DNA of 62,377 nucleotides, the filler included, from Platydemus manokwari (Eukaryota), in assembly GCA_037951405.1 (NCBI GenBank). It is 6 parts of 6 records of this genome, joined end to end, with 100 filler letters (N's around TTAATTAATTAA, not from the genome) between each part and the next. Parts side by side here need not be neighbours in the genome. Positions count along the whole stretch, not along the records: positions 1 to 10,926 come from JBBMOY011052189.1; positions 11,027 to 19,934 come from JBBMOY011331872.1; 4 more parts are not named here. One strand, given 5' to 3'. Below are positions 1 to 14,400 of this stretch, piece by piece; position 1 is the stretch's first letter, and every line of letters starts with the position of its first letter. The position numbers and the translations under genes were made by a program. A model generated the notes under the pieces. The model was not told the origin of the DNA. It did no database searches and was given only the letters and a program-made list of their open reading frames with translations.

Positions 1-13
1 TGTGTGTGTGTGT
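1..13. repeat. (TG)n microsatellite at window edge
   Basis: tgtgtgtgtgtgt seen directly. Confidence 0.8.
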
Positions 14-1423
14 AAACCAATTTTATTAATTTTTACAAATACACAATATAAAATGAACACAAAATTATCCATATAACCATTAATAAATGACATTTATAAT
101 GTACAAGAATAATGACATGGAATAGTGTTCTTGTATTTAATTAAAAATTCAATATCGGTTCACTTATAAATTCTCAGACACCAAAGAAAATATTTCAAAA
201 CAAATATTGATTCATTTGTGCCAACAAATTTCTATTTGCGTTTCAAAATTTACAACATTTTATTGAATCAAATTCACCAAAATAATTGATGTTATCTTAA
301 TTATCTACTGACAAAATCCTACAAAACAGTATGGTATTAGATTTAAATTTCATTTCAATCACAAATTATACAAATTATACTTGAACATTTTTCTACTCAT
401 AAACTCCTCTATAATTCAATGGATATAAAATACATAAATAGAATTACAGTGAATTTAAGATATCAATACAGACAAATACAAATATCATATAGCCTTGTCA
501 TTTCATTATTGTATATGTCTACTAGTAGTAATAGTAATAGTTATATCAATATGCATATATCCAGTTTAACAGATCTTGATGTAATTCAATCATCTGATAT
601 ATCTCATAAATAATATGTATTCCATATCTCATTTAATGTTTGTTTCAATAATATTCTCCTTGATCAAATGATAAATATTATTGTGTAAACAAGCTACATT
701 TCGATGCCGATTCTGTTATGATGTAGAAATTGTTGTTTTGCCAACTATTAGAATTTTAATATCATTAATGATATTTGAATGAATCAGATTATTTTTGTTT
801 TAATATTCCATTATATTATAGAATATCGATTTTTCAATGTGCAAATGATTTATTATTACAATGCATCCTTTGAAATATTAATATAATTAAGCAATGGTGA
901 TACAAAATTAATTTGCTGTTGTGCAGCAATTATAAAGACTTGATGAATAATTGATTAATCATGTCAGATTCAATCTTTATTCTTCAAATCTATGATTTCA
1001 ATATTTTTATATTCTCGCATCTATTTTTGTTTTAATTAAATGAAATTCCATATTGGTAAAATATAAATAAAATTAATTAATTCGTAATTTAATGAAACTT
1101 GAAAATACTTCCGCACAAACACAACACACACACATATATATAATAGATAATTAATTAATAGAATATGTTGATGGATAAATATAAAAAATAATATATTCAA
1201 ATAATAATAAAGTTTATTTTTAATGTGAAAATAACCCATATATGAATTAATTGTGATTATTTGAAATATATTCTATTATCATAATATAATAATATTTTTA
1301 TAATCGATAACAACCAATAAAATGGTGAATTTTTCGTTTACTATGTGAAAATTAATATTATTTTCTCTTTAAATGAAATGATTTACAATTCCCATATAAT
1401 TGATACCATCAGTGATTTTAAAC

Positions 1424-1646
1424 CAGTGTTCCGCAATTTGTAAATTAGAACAACAAACAAATAAACATGTTAAATTCAATTTCGAAAATCTATTTCATTA
1501 TTATTTGTATTATTTTATTATTAGTTATTGTTTAAATATACTAAATTTAACATAATTAAACTCGGTATATTATTGCACATGGGTTCCTCGAGCCAGATGA
1601 ATATTTCCGTGGTGTTTCTCTCCAGCAAAGAGGTTGAAAAACACTG
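1424..1646. mobile_element. hAT-like non-autonomous element (MITE), about 223 bp
   Basis: Imperfect TIRs CAGTGTTCCGCAA ... TTGAAAAACACTG. CAG...CTG ends are typical of hAT/Charlie. The 8-bp flanks TTTTAAAC / GATTACAC match 5/8. Confidence 0.5.
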
Positions 1647-1894
1647 GATTACACATTCATTGTGATGTCATTCTCATATTGATTAATAAATATTTTATTT
1701 CAGAGATCAAATTGCAATGTTTAATCTAACAAATGAGTTTGTTTTATTTTACATCAGTTTGATAAATTCTAAATTTGAATATGAATTCAATGAAAATGGA
1801 AAGTTGTAGCCGATATCAAATAATGCACGTGTTCACAAGTTTGTTCGTTAATTTTAAAAATAGATATTGAGTATTGATTTGTCATGCATAGATA

Positions 1895-1985
1895 TACCGG
1901 ATTTTCCATACTATCAGGCACACCTTCAAATTGATTTTTAGTTAAATTTTAGAGGATGCATTTTATAATCCGATACGCCTTATCA
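1895..1985 (+). mobile_element. Tc2/pogo-like terminal fragment
   Basis: TACCGGATTTTCCATACTATCAGGCACACC...TTATAATCCGATACGCCTTAT resembles recalled TcMar-Tc2/pogo ends (TA-CCGTATTTTCC...TATAAGGCGCACC). No partner TIR found. Confidence 0.35.
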
Positions 1986-2784
1986 CATTATTTTACATAA
2001 AATTTATAAATATTTGGTTATTAAATAATGAAAATATTAAAAATTGTGGAACCATTGATGGATATAAAGGCTTCAGCGATAATAAAAGCATTTATTAAAG
2101 CTGGAATCCTGAAAATACGATGGTGATGATGTTAATATAACCCAATGTGACATTTTAGATGATGAGGAGTATTAAATCTTGTTATGCATTTTTAATTTCA
2201 TTTCATATATTAATCAGTCAACTCACTATTAAGGTGAGCCTTATTTATAAAAATATATTTACAAAATCCATTGTTTATATAATTATGTGTGTGTGTACTT
2301 ATATAACTTATTGCGATTACCTTATTATTAAACTTATGTAAACCTCAAAACTGCACTTATTTGATCAATATTTATAATATTTATTTTGATTATTATTCTA
2401 TTTTAATCTCCTTCATTTTTGGTTGCGCAACACCCTGTCAATGTCTTGCAGCTGTTGCGTAACCCGGTTGGATAATTTCAATTAAACCAAAAATATTTCA
2501 AAAACACTAATAAATAATAACAAATCATTATTTATAAGACATAAAAACTATATTTCACCAATTTATTCACATTCAATCTAAAGGTTAATGCATCATTAAT
2601 ATTCATATGATATAAATATACTTAATAAAGCATTTTTATGAGACAACATTAATCAAAAATATTATTCATATTAAAGCATTTGAAATATATTTTAATCATT
2701 TTTAACGAAAGAAAAATAATTAATTTAAAATTTAAATGTAATTACGCAATAATTGTTACACAATATGATAATCATTGAATTTAC

Positions 2785-3377
2785 CTGATTCCATTTTTTG
2801 ATGGGACGGAATTTAATATCTGTTAAAGCATCGGTATGAAGTGTCGATTTTGTATAAATAAGAGATCCATCTGTTGTTGAAATAAAGAAAATATTTGTAC
2901 TATCATTTGAAATAGCTAAAAAACTATCAGATTCCGACAAATCAAATGAGCTAATGTTTTCAATTCCAATCTGAAATGAACAAAATGAACAAAAAAAAAC
3001 TACACCGAAAAATCATTTCAATCAAATGATTTTAAAAATTAATTCAAATTTATCATTACTTTCCAAACGTGAAGTGGCTGTTGAGAATTTCTCACATCCC
3101 AAACGAGAATATCTTTATGACAGGCAGCATATATTTTAAATGGATCGGTTTTGGAAAATTGTAATTTTTGACAAACTGAATGTGAACCTTGAAGATTACC
3201 GACTGGATTTCGTATTTCACTGGGATTCCATAATAAAATTGTTCGATTTAAATCTGCTGAAACTAAATGTGCTTCGTGAACAACTGATGTGACTGTAGTT
3301 CCAGGATAATATAAATCCATACAAGAAACTGGGACTAGATGTCCATTCGTTCCACCAAGAACATATCCTTGGAGCAT
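2785..3377 (-). CDS. WDR53: WD40-repeat protein, WDR53-like; exons 3377-3060 and 2970-2785, downstream exons not resolved
   Basis: Spliced translation MLQGYVLGGTNGHLVPVSCMD...LVSADLNRTILLWN...LQFSKTDPFKIYAACHKDILVWDVRN...WK|IGIENISSFDLSESDSFLAISND...HTDALTDIKFRP parallels recalled WDR53 motifs (GGHSSPVLC, FSP..P.KLYA, LDVRS, INCLSL, AFRP). GT-AG intron 3059-2971, phase 0. WD40 call is firm; the symbol is less so. Confidence 0.7.
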
Positions 3378-4371
3378 CTGCAATAAGTTGCTGCTATTAT
3401 ATAAAAAGTATTTAGAAAAATATGCTGACAACAAAGTATATATAAGGCCGTTTATTTGGAAGAAATTATGTAAGGACAGTAATATTTTACTTTATCTAAA
3501 ATTAACTTTTGAGAACCTTAAAAGAGGAACATATAATATCATGGTTTTTATTATTTGAAAACACTTGTTTAATTAGTAAAGTGAAACAATAATATAAATA
3601 CTTTAATTTAAAAATGTAATTTCTCAAATAATGAATTTGTGCATGCTGAAAATAGTAGTTTTGTGAAATAAATGTCCCATGAAATTCTGTAACCTTTACT
3701 TAAGTTATATAAATTTGTAAACTTATTATTTTAACGATCATATAATTTTACAGTGATATTTGATAAATTTATTCCGTTTAGAACAAGTTAATGCAAATCG
3801 CACATCGAAAAAAACCATTTTGTAAATAAAATATATTTCAAAAGATTTGACTGATGTTTCGTGATGTCAAAGAAAATGTTCGTTAAAAATGATGAACGAA
3901 CCTAGTGAAAATTCAGATTAATAGGATCAATTAGATTAGTCAGACTCCTCTCTAGTCTTAACTAGATTCTCCACACAAAATAATCTTCTTATAAAAAATC
4001 GAAGGTTTCAATTCAAATTTTTAAATAAAAATTATGTATATTATTATTTTGACCAGATTACAAATTACGAAAGGTGTAATGCGATAAATTTAAAACAAAG
4101 CAAATGTAGTGACCTGAAGTTAATAACAATCGACAAATAGAAACAAGTGCCACTCTAATCCGATATTAAAACTAAAAGAGAAGGTTTCGGATACGACAGA
4201 TTGCTTTGAGGATTATAATTCGAGAAGAAAGTGTTTAATAAATTATAGCGAATCTCCTTTTGGAGATTGATGAATTCAAGCAAGTTTCATGCTTAATTGA
4301 ATAATAATTTGAATGATAATGCCCAATAAGATAATCGGAATATGCAAAATGTTATATAAGACAATTGCTGT

Positions 4372-4464
4372 AGTAAAAACATCGTTAGTTTCCTTCAAAA
4401 TTTATTGTTTCAAACTTCGCACGCGGTTTTTCGAAAGCTTAAACAAATTTAAGATTTATTGACT
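4372..4464 (-). repeat. 3' LTR of the Gypsy element (AGT...ACT, about 93 bp), preceded by a polypurine tract
   Basis: Shares AGTAAAAACATC.TTAGTTTCC.TCAAA.TTTATT.TTTCAAA..TC.CACGCGGTTTTTCGAA with 7879-7942. Minus-strand AAAAAAATGGGGAAGAA lies immediately upstream. Confidence 0.75.
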
Positions 4465-7400
4465 TTCTTCCCCATTTTTTTGAGATAGCTTTTATACACT
4501 CCATTCTTTGAGACTTTGGCTGTTCCTGGAAATCAAAAAGCATTTGATGTGGACTTAAAAATTTCAATATTCTGTGAGGACCATCATAAAGATCACCGTT
4601 CTTATTTATCTTTTGTGGTTTTTATTTCACTAAAACTTCTGATCCAACCGCGAAAATTCTATAAATACTGGTCTCATCTTGTCGAGTAAGTGACACCAAG
4701 CTTACTAACTCGCTGAAAATATCTACAATAAACAACAAATATTTGGTTTTAGTCATAAATTCCCCAAAGTGCGTAACATCAACATCGATTTGTTCCATGG
4801 GACGAAATTCTTCCTTTGGAATCATAATTTCTTTAGTTCGTCCAGTTTATACGTTCCATTAAGCACAAATATCACAATTCCGTACTTTATGTTCGACGCT
4901 TCTTGACATATTTTGCCAGCAGTAAATCTTTTGAATGTAATCGACCAATTTCTTATTACCGATATGGCAACACTTTTCATGAAGATATCTTGTTAGTTTC
5001 TGTGAATGAACCTCTGGCACAACAATTTGCTTATTTTCATTCTCATTATACACCACCATATCTTCAAAAAATTCATATTTCTCTCAACTGTTAAAATGTT
5101 TCCTTTTCTTGACCTCTGAATTGACTCTTGTTTTCTTTTTCTGTAACCATTTTATAATGGAAACAACGACAGTATTTTTTGTTGAATCTTCCTTAGCTCG
5201 TCATTATTTGCTATTGAATGCTCGACAACATTAATAAACCGACTTTTTCATTTGGCTTCTTTAGCACCTTGGTGCTGAGTTAAGCATTGTGGACAAAATT
5301 CTTCACTTATCCTTGAGAGTCTATCCTCATTATCATGATCTAATCTCTTTCGATATTGAAGTTCAAAATTGAATCCGGATAAATTTGCAAATCATGTTTG
5401 AAATTGTGGGCTAATCGGATATGTTAATTTTCTTCATATATGTGAAGACCTTGTGATCAGCATGAGTCACAAATTTCCCAGCAGATAATGCTTAAAATCC
5501 ATAATGAATTAGTGAATTGCCAAAAGCTCCGTAATCGTCACGCAATAACCTTTTTCATGACTGTTAAGAGTTCTAGAAACATAGGTTACTACTCGACCTT
5601 TTATATTATCATCTAACTGGCTTAGAACACCGCCATTCGATCCGAAACTAGTGTCGGTATATAAAATCATCTCTTTGTTTGGATTCGGAAAAGCCAAAAT
5701 CGGAGCCGTGCATAATTGTTCCTTTAGGTTTCCAAATCTCTCCTCACACCTTGTAGTCCATTCCAATTTCTTGTCATTCCCTGTCATCATCTCATATAAA
5801 AAGGCCGTAATTAATGCGTAGTCTTTGATAAATCTTCTGTAATAATAGCTTAATCCTAGGAACAACATAAACTGAGTGATGTAACCGGGTTTAATTGGCT
5901 CCTTAAGCTTTTTTGCTTTGTCATTATTAGTTTATATGCCTTGTGTACTAACAGTATGACCCAGGAAATCCAAATTTCTGGTTTCAAATACACATTTGCT
6001 TCCATTGATTTTAAAACCTGATGATTTAATCAACCTGAATACCTTTACAAGTTTCTCAAAAGTGTTCCTCTACTGTTCTTTTATACACTATCCATCTTAC
6101 TTTGGAACCATGACTAAAGGAAAGTTACAAGGGCATTGGCATGGCGTTATGACATATCTTTGTAGAAAATTTTCTAACAACTCTTGAATTTTGGTTTCTA
6201 AATTTATTGGCTGCCTTATGGGGTTTTGGGCAATAGGTTCCCCTTTTGTTCGGATCTCGTGATTCACCAAATATGTTAGTTCCAAATCAAACCGAGAAGC
6301 CATAAAAATGGAGTCATTTTCTTTTATACACCTATTCAATAAAATATCGTTCTTATCAGCAATACTCTTCAGTGCCATTTCGATTCTGTCTTGGTCGCTG
6401 TATTTCTTTCCCACATTCTTGGCATCAATTGATTTTATCCCTGCAAGGAATATTCCACAGGTCTTCATCATATCAACTCCTCCGATAAATCCTGGTGAAA
6501 TTTCTTTTACTACAATGATCTCCCTAACTAGAATTTTGTTGTTCCAAATTATTGAGAACGTTATTTTTCCTATACAAGATTTGTTTGGATTTGAGAATAT
6601 ACCAGCCAATCGAACATCAGAATTTTTAACCTGTGGTTCTCCAATACGCCACCATATGCTTTCATTCATTACTGATATTGATGCACTCAATTTTACTCCA
6701 CTGTTTACCATCTGCTTTCTGATACATCTGTGAATGCTTCCTCTTCCTCTTACCGTCATTCTTCTTTACTTTAATTCTATCTCTAGTTGATAAATGTCCT
6801 ATTGATTCAACCCCACTGACGAGATAGGCATAGGAGGTTGATTCCAGTTTTTTTGTCTTCCATGGAAAGTGAGCTTACACAATCACTTGCTTCATTATCA
6901 GTTTGAATATCGGCTTCATCTTCCTCGTCATGGATACATAGTATTTTTCCTTGAACTATTATAACTAGGCTTTTTGGCTAAATGACATTCTTTTAACGGA
7001 TGAATTTTTTCCTCAGTAGATATTCAAATTTTCGATATTCAAGCTCACCACAGCAAAAGCAAGCTTTTAGTTTTAAATAATCACCAAGTGATGTGGGTTT
7101 TCCTGTACAATAGTTGTAAAATTTCGACGCAACGGAATTCATTGATCTTGTTGGTCTCGTATTATTTGGAGATTCCATGTGATTAACTGGTGCACGATGA
7201 TATTCCTTTACACCAAAATCTCTTTTCTGCACCATTAAGCTTAGCTTTTTGAAAGAAGCTTCTTTTTGAAAGATTTTTCTTGAGTTAATTTTGATTACGA
7301 CTGCGCATATGTCGTCTTTAACTAGGTTTATCGGCTTTGTCGGAGTTAACTTCTCCAAATTGACACCCAACTCTCTTCTTCTATGATCGAACATTGCAGG

Positions 7401-7878
7401 ATCGAGAGTAAAGGACTCTTTTAGTTTCTTGCTATTTAGACCTTGCAGAATAAATATTCTTGAAATTTCTTCAAGAGTGTTTTCTTGTCAAACACCTCCG
7501 AAACTAGCTTCTTTACCCGAAGTTTACAACTGCGGTACTTTTCATCTGGTCTTTGCTGCATTGCTATCAAACCCGTACACCGTTTAGGTATGAGAAAGTT
7601 TCCAAAAATTATTTCTCAATCTCTTCATTTGAAACAGCTTCTTGGAAACTACTGAATTTTTGCCACAGTTGTTTGGCGCAATCTGTAAATACTATGCCAA
7701 ATGCAAATGATAGTTCAATTTGATTAAATGTGTCGAAATCTTTGGTTGTCTGGAACCATTTATCAGCGTCTTGAATTGATGCAATGAAGAACGAACAGCT
7801 TCGGGGCAGGTTCTCAAAACTTTTTTGCCTTTCTTCTTGTGTGGCTCTCGTCAGAGCACTTATTTAGGCTTGATCGCC

Positions 7879-7962
7879 AGTAAAAACATCTTTAGTTTCC
7901 ATCAAAGTTTATTATTTCAAAAATCACACGCGGTTTTTCGAATATCTATGATTTATTTAACT
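7879..7962 (-). repeat. 5' LTR of the Gypsy element (about 84 bp) followed by a primer-binding site
   Basis: Minus strand AGTTAAATAAATC...GATGTTTTTACT, then TGGCGATCAAGC. The PBS TGG overlaps the last LTR base. Confidence 0.75.
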
Positions 7963-10926
7963 CCTATTAATGTTCAATAATTTCGCTTGAGCAGCTAATG
8001 TGCGGTCAATTAATAGCACTAGATTCTGAATTTTTATGCTGCATAATATAATCTCCAATTTGTGGGTTTAGTCGCTTTTCAATCATTTGTATATCAAATA
8101 GGATATTCAGCACGTTGTCATGGTGTTGTGAAATAATTTTAAATATTTTTGGTTTCGTATAAAATTATCACGGCAAAATGTATGAATAATTGTGAAAATT
8201 TTTAATCTCTACATCCGATTACGCAATACGTGTTTGTTTATTGCCTATATCCAACATCTCTAAGTTGACTCAGCTCCTAAATCTACTGTCATTATTCCTA
8301 TCTCCTCCAACTCGTTGTGAGTTTTCATGGTTTTTTTATTGGTTTTAATTTTGATCATCATCATCATTCTCATCTTTTTTTTCTAGTTCGCTATATTACT
8401 GACACATTTTCTTCGAGGCTTATCAATCCATTAACCTTATATCTGAAATCTCTTAATCCTTCTCAATTATTAAATTTGCTCTTGTCTTCAACATGAATTT
8501 CGCATTATCAGTGAATGTACCTGATTAACTTCATTTATGCTTCTTCCAGTTCAGGTCTCAATCCTTTTGGTTTTCTGTGCCATATTTAGGAATGATCAAT
8601 TTCATTATATATCCCTGGACTCCTCTCATAAATTGAGTTCCATCCTTTTATCTTGTAATGAATTTCTTGGGTAGTTTCACTTTCCTATGTGCTCTATTAT
8701 TCAGTCCCATTTTCCTAAAATTATTTTTATTAACAATATTTTTAACGACACGATGTCAAAAAATTTATTCAAAAAACTGACTCTGAATATTTTAACAAAT
8801 ATTTCAGATATTATCTAACTTCAATGATATCACAATCAGTTCCTGATTCTCTTGTATAGTAAACTATTCATTAAATCCAGAAAAAACAAGGGTGCATAAT
8901 ATCTTTATTGATAAAAATTAATGAAAGATAATAGACAAAACAATTAACTCAAACTTTGTTTTTTAATTAGCTAAAATATGTTTGTTTATTGGGGTTTTGA
9001 ATACCGAAAAAACTTGTAATAATTCGATACCGAGGTTAGAATATACTACTTTTAAAGGCAAGGAGGTTATTTCTCAAACAAAAGATAAAATATATTATCT
9101 ACCAGTTAAATGTATCGTAATTATGTTAGACGAAAATTCATTTTAATTTATTATTCACAACTTTAATGCTATTGATATAAATAACAAAATACTTTGTAAA
9201 TGATTTATTAATCACAATAATACAACTTTACCTCCAAAAATAGTCTAAGACAAATTCTAACATAAATATAACACTGGCCATTGACCATCTCGGTCTCATT
9301 ATTTATACTTGTGTTTTGTGTGTTTCGCTTTTCATTGATTGTTTTGTTTTTTGCATTTTCGTTGGATCCGAAGACCATAATATGTGGGGATTAGTCAATC
9401 CCTATGCGTGTCTCCTCGTGTGATTATGTCTCTCGTAATATTATGATTTTTTTATTTAAGTCGTCTGTGATTCGTTGGTTGTCAAGCTTGTATGATTATG
9501 TAGGTGTGCCAATGTTTAAATTGCTAAAACAAGAGTTTTAAGGCACGAAATCGTTTTTCTTTTTCAGGGTTTGTCCTAACTCAACACAATCAATCCCGTA
9601 ATTTAGTTGACAACTGATAATATCAACAATGAATTTCAAAATTCCCTACATCCTACTGAAAATAACAAGAAGAATAAAACCAACATAGTAAATATCTGAC
9701 AAAAATATTAATTCCATTCATCTAATAAAAGTTGGATAATAATAACAATTAAGCCTGGAATGCGGCCTTCATTTTAAATAATCACCCATTATATACTTTT
9801 GCTGGGCAATATAAGAGATGATATATCTTTTGCACTATCTGAAACCAAAACTATGACGCTCGAATATTAGAAACCGCTTAGCCTATTACTTTATTCGAGA
9901 AGATCATTTATTCAAGATCAATTTGCAGAAGTTAATCCAACTCAATTTTCTGATCCAACTAAAAATTTTATGCCTTGTAATTCCACAAAAAGAGAATAGT
10001 AATAATCTAATTGCTGATAATTGTGAAATCAGAATATCAACTTGCATATTCTTCCTATTTAGCTCAAATATCTTGAAAAGGCCTTTACCCCAATATCACG
10101 AAAGGGTCTGTTGATCGACTACACTAAATTATTGCACAGAATTCCATCTTCCAAGTGTATATCAGCATAATCAAAATCATTTCATTGTATAAAAGCATGG
10201 AATTTGTATTCTTTCATTGTAATGAATAATTCATTAGTGAAACGAGTTTCGTTATTCATTTGGCAGTTAGCATTTAAGGTTCACAGATTCATTAATGATC
10301 TCATCATTGTCATTCATCATCTTTTGAGAGTATTTTGGAATAAATTTGACATAAGACTGATATAATCAAAAATCCCCAAATATTTCTTGTGGACTCGAAG
10401 CTTTTCGTACAACCAATATTCATTTTCTGTTATATACAAATCAAACTTTGAATATTTCGAAAACCTCTTTGACGAGACGTAAATATTTTAAATATAATTG
10501 ACAAATCTCTTAATATAAATATTATTAGATAATTTTTACACAAATCATAGTACTCAGAAAATGTAATTTTTTAAAGAGAAATGCATTATTTTCTGAGTTT
10601 ATTTTCAGCACAGAAGAATTAATCTAGAAAATCGTGATGAGAAATGTCATATGTTCATCCATTGATAATATTAAATAAACAAACAACCCTCACATAAACA
10701 AACCTATCCAATATTAGTTATCTGTATAAAATAATAATAAAAGCAACAATTATTTTATTAATATTAAACAACAGAATAATTATTTCGACAATAATAACAG
10801 TTACATTAGTTACACTAAAATAAATATATTAGCAACACCGCAACAAAATTCTTTCAATAATTATTTTCAGAAAACTAAATCAAATAAAAGCAACACTTTA
10901 AATATTTAATTATTTCTAATTTTAAC

Positions 10927-11026
10927 NNNNNNNNNNNNNNNNNNNNNNNNNNNNNNNNNNNNNNNNNNNNTTAATTAATTAANNNNNNNNNNNNNNNNNN
11001 NNNNNNNNNNNNNNNNNNNNNNNNNN
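10927..11026. other. Artificial contig-join spacer N44-TTAATTAATTAA-N44
   Basis: The same 100-bp spacer occurs five times. TTAATTAATTAA has stops in all six frames. Confidence 0.95.
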
Positions 11027-11031
11027 TAATG

Positions 11032-11091
<60 letters not shown>

Positions 11092-11103
11092 GTAATAATA
11101 ATA
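11027..11103. repeat. (AAT)n microsatellite at contig end
   Basis: Long near-perfect AAT run. Confidence 0.95.
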
Positions 11104-11416
11104 CTAAAAGATAATAGTTAACATAATAATAACTATAAAATGTATTAATTATTATCAGATATTAATTATTATCTCATAATACTAAATATAATTATTATTA
11201 ATAAAAGTTAAAGATCAATGTAGGATAATCTATTATTTTGTGGTGATGATATTCGATTATCAATTTTATCTACCAATTCAAATCTATAGTTAAATGGTTT
11301 TAATAAATAAAGTCGAATTATTGTAGAAAAAATTTTAAATTATTAAAATAATAATTATTAATTTCATTTATTTATAATATATAAAATATTTTTCATAATA
11401 TTCGAATATTCTTTAG

Positions 11417-14400
11417 ATTCAAATGTCGATGCTGATGGTGATTCCAAAGAAAATATGGTGAAACATAAAATAGAATTTTATTCAATTCCTGAGGATTCCA
11501 TACTATTTTATATACAAGAACTATGTACCACTATTCTTGGTAACCCAGTACCGGTATTGACAATTTCTAATTGGCCAACGGAAACATCTGAGAGAACAGT
11601 CTGTCAAAAACCTTATATCTTTCTAACAAGTCGCGTCCATCCCGGTGAAAGTAATGCCAGCTGGGTGATGAAAGGGTGTATCGATTACTTGTTGAGTGAC
11701 AACCCTATCGCGGAACAATTGAGAAATCTTTATATATTTAAAATTATACCCATGCTCAATCCAGATGGTGTCATCAATGGATGGTGATTATTTTCTTATG
11801 GATTTCTTAATCCCTTAATTTCAGTCATCGCTGTTCAATGGCTGGCCATGATCTTAATCGTCGCTGGTTGGATCCATGTGAAGTTCTTGATCCGACAATT
11901 TACAACACAAAAGGCCTTCTAATGCTTCTTTCTAAATATGGACAGAGTCCTCTGGTGAGATTTCCTTTATGTTAATAGCTATTACCTGTATTCCAAAGCA
12001 ATTAATAAATCACATACAACTATTGAAAAACTTTCGACGCTACAAATTCTTTATCATTTCCATTGTATTTTGCAGATTCATCAAGAGAAGTATTCATGGA
12101 ACTCTAATTTCGTTTATTTTTAATAGATTCTCAATCGTATTCTAACTATATATGTGCTATTTGTTTTAGTTGCTTACATAAATAAAAGAAAATATCGAAA
12201 TTTTTGCAATGAAATCCTAACAAAGATAATTTTCTCGATTAAAAGATGAATAGTTTTCCAAAAATAAATGTCTCATTGAACAAAGAGACATGGAAACGAA
12301 AATCTGTTCAAAGGATTTAAAAAAACCAAATGTCTACTATTATAAAATTTATAAATTTGTGAAAAATAAAACCAATAATGCAATAAATCTTGCTCGAATT
12401 ACTATTTTTGTGAAAGGAATTGATGAAGACTACAATATTGATATTTAAATTAAATTGAAATATCTACGTAAATCAGATACAAACAGAATGATTGTTTATT
12501 GGCACTGTCTTTAACAGTGGCTGATTATTTCCTTGTAATGATGAGAGGTGATAAACATAAATGTAATAATTTTGATCAAATATCATTGGCTAGCTCAAAA
12601 TTGATAAAGTAACAATTCCGTACGGTTGTTTTCATTAAAATCGTTAAATTTAAAATGATGATTTATGGGAATTAGGTTTTTAAATTGAGTTCTCAATCTG
12701 AATGATAAATAATATTTATAATATTTCATTACAAATATTAAAATTATATTATTAACATATAAATAATATTTTCTACTTTTGTGTTTTTTTAATTCAGCAC
12801 TTAGTAATTAAATATGTTTTACTACTTTCTACTTTTTTCGTTTTGTTCTTCTTAATATTAAATCTAATTGAAAGATCAATGCACAAAACATCGAAGATAA
12901 AGAAAATAGATAATATAATATATCTAGAAAAGATGGAATATATCGACATGTTAGAAAGGTTAGAGAATATGGACATCAAAAATACATGATGGTTGAAGAG
13001 GATATGATCCAAACAGAAGAAGTTATTGATAATGATGAAATCATTCCACGCGTCAAGAAGAATACACTGTTGAAGATTCTGTACTTAGTGCTGAAGATGG
13101 TCAGGTCGATGACAGTTACAACATAAGTCCAAGCAATTTTTTCCATGCAATTGAAATCGTCATCAAAGCAAGTTCTTCTTCAAATAGCTCTACTCAAAAA
13201 ATAAACAATGATACAATAAAAAATTTAAAAGAAGTCAAAGATGATTTACAGAAATTCATTGTAAAGAAAACTACAAAAAACTTAAGATGATTTTTTAAAT
13301 AAATAATTGTATTTTTCTTAATAATTTCATCATTAATATGGCGATCATATAAATTTTAAATTCATTTATTATCTGAATTAACTAACAATCGGAAAGGAAA
13401 TCGATTTCTAATTTTTCGGATTAATGAAGGTTGACTGTATAGATAAAGAGAATTCTTGATAAAAATAAAGAATAAAAAGAAAATTCAATAAGAAATAATG
13501 TAAGACTCGGTGTTTAATTCTGAAGTCATAAATTTAAATAAAATGTAAACATATTAAAAATTGATTGTTTGTTTTGATATTGTAGTTAAATATACTTTTT
13601 TCGGTTGAATTTTTTAATTCCTATATTTAATGAAATAAATGTAGATTGTAAGCAAATACTCGGGTTACTTTTATCAATTATTATCATTTTGGCAATTCTG
13701 CTTGCTTGCTTATTTGAATTAAAATATTATATATATTTAATTGAATTATTATTATTTAAAAATAATTATCTGAGCTAATCAAACAATGATTACATGATAA
13801 TAAAATATAATGATCATTTATGATAAAATATTATTGCGTAATATGCTTCATAAGCATTTAAAACTCTCGAAATGATGCTATAAACATTTTAACCGATTAA
13901 TATCTTTTTACCAAGTAATACAGCAATTTTAAGATATTGTTTACAATTTTCTTCAAGAAGGAAAAGTAAAACAGCAGTACAGACACTTGTATATTTATGG
14001 CAATTTTCAAACATAAAATACTATTGTAAATGATGTTATTCCTTTCTTCCAAATTATTTCTCATTGTATTTTATCTTGACACAATTAAAAACAAGTTGGA
14101 AAAAAATATCTTGATAATTTAGAAATTCTAAACTATGTCGAATATTCTAAAATACCCATTGAAGACTCTGTTTAAAGAAATGTTATTTGTAGAATGAAAT
14201 TTCCATTAGTTCTTCATGCAGATTAATCAATGCATTTTTTCCAATTAATGGAATTTTTATGAAAAATTTGTCGAATATTTTTGAAATTTGCAATTTTCTA
14301 AAGCTTATAATTAGAACGGTGAAGGAACTGATAGCTTAGTAAATGAATTGCTTTCCTCTGCTGTAGACTGTAAGGCAGTAAACAACATTTTCCAATCGTT

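Larger units (their letters stand above)
4372..7962 (-). mobile_element. Ty3/Gypsy LTR retrotransposon, decayed and internally deleted (about 3.6 kb)
   Basis: Minus-strand order: gag with degenerate zinc knuckle (CFCCGELEY), protease-like region, RT start (HEIRTKGEPI..P...FPLVMVPK), RT end (KCVF...LDFLGH), RNase H (FLGLSYYYRRFI, APILAFP, YTDTS, ELLAI), integrase zinc finger (H..CCHIG..C..C) and core start. Many stops and frameshifts. Direct terminal repeats at 4372-4464 and 7879-7962. Confidence 0.93.

Noticed and set aside
8498-8511. Hammerhead ribozyme candidates (CTGATAA-TG-CGAAA on minus here; CTGAAGA at about 13091; CTGATGA at about 50054)
   Set aside because: None has both the CUGANGA and GAAA cores with closing stems.
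10971-10982. Recurrent TTAATTAATTAA palindrome as a biological motif
   Set aside because: Always centred in exactly 88 N; it is an assembly linker.
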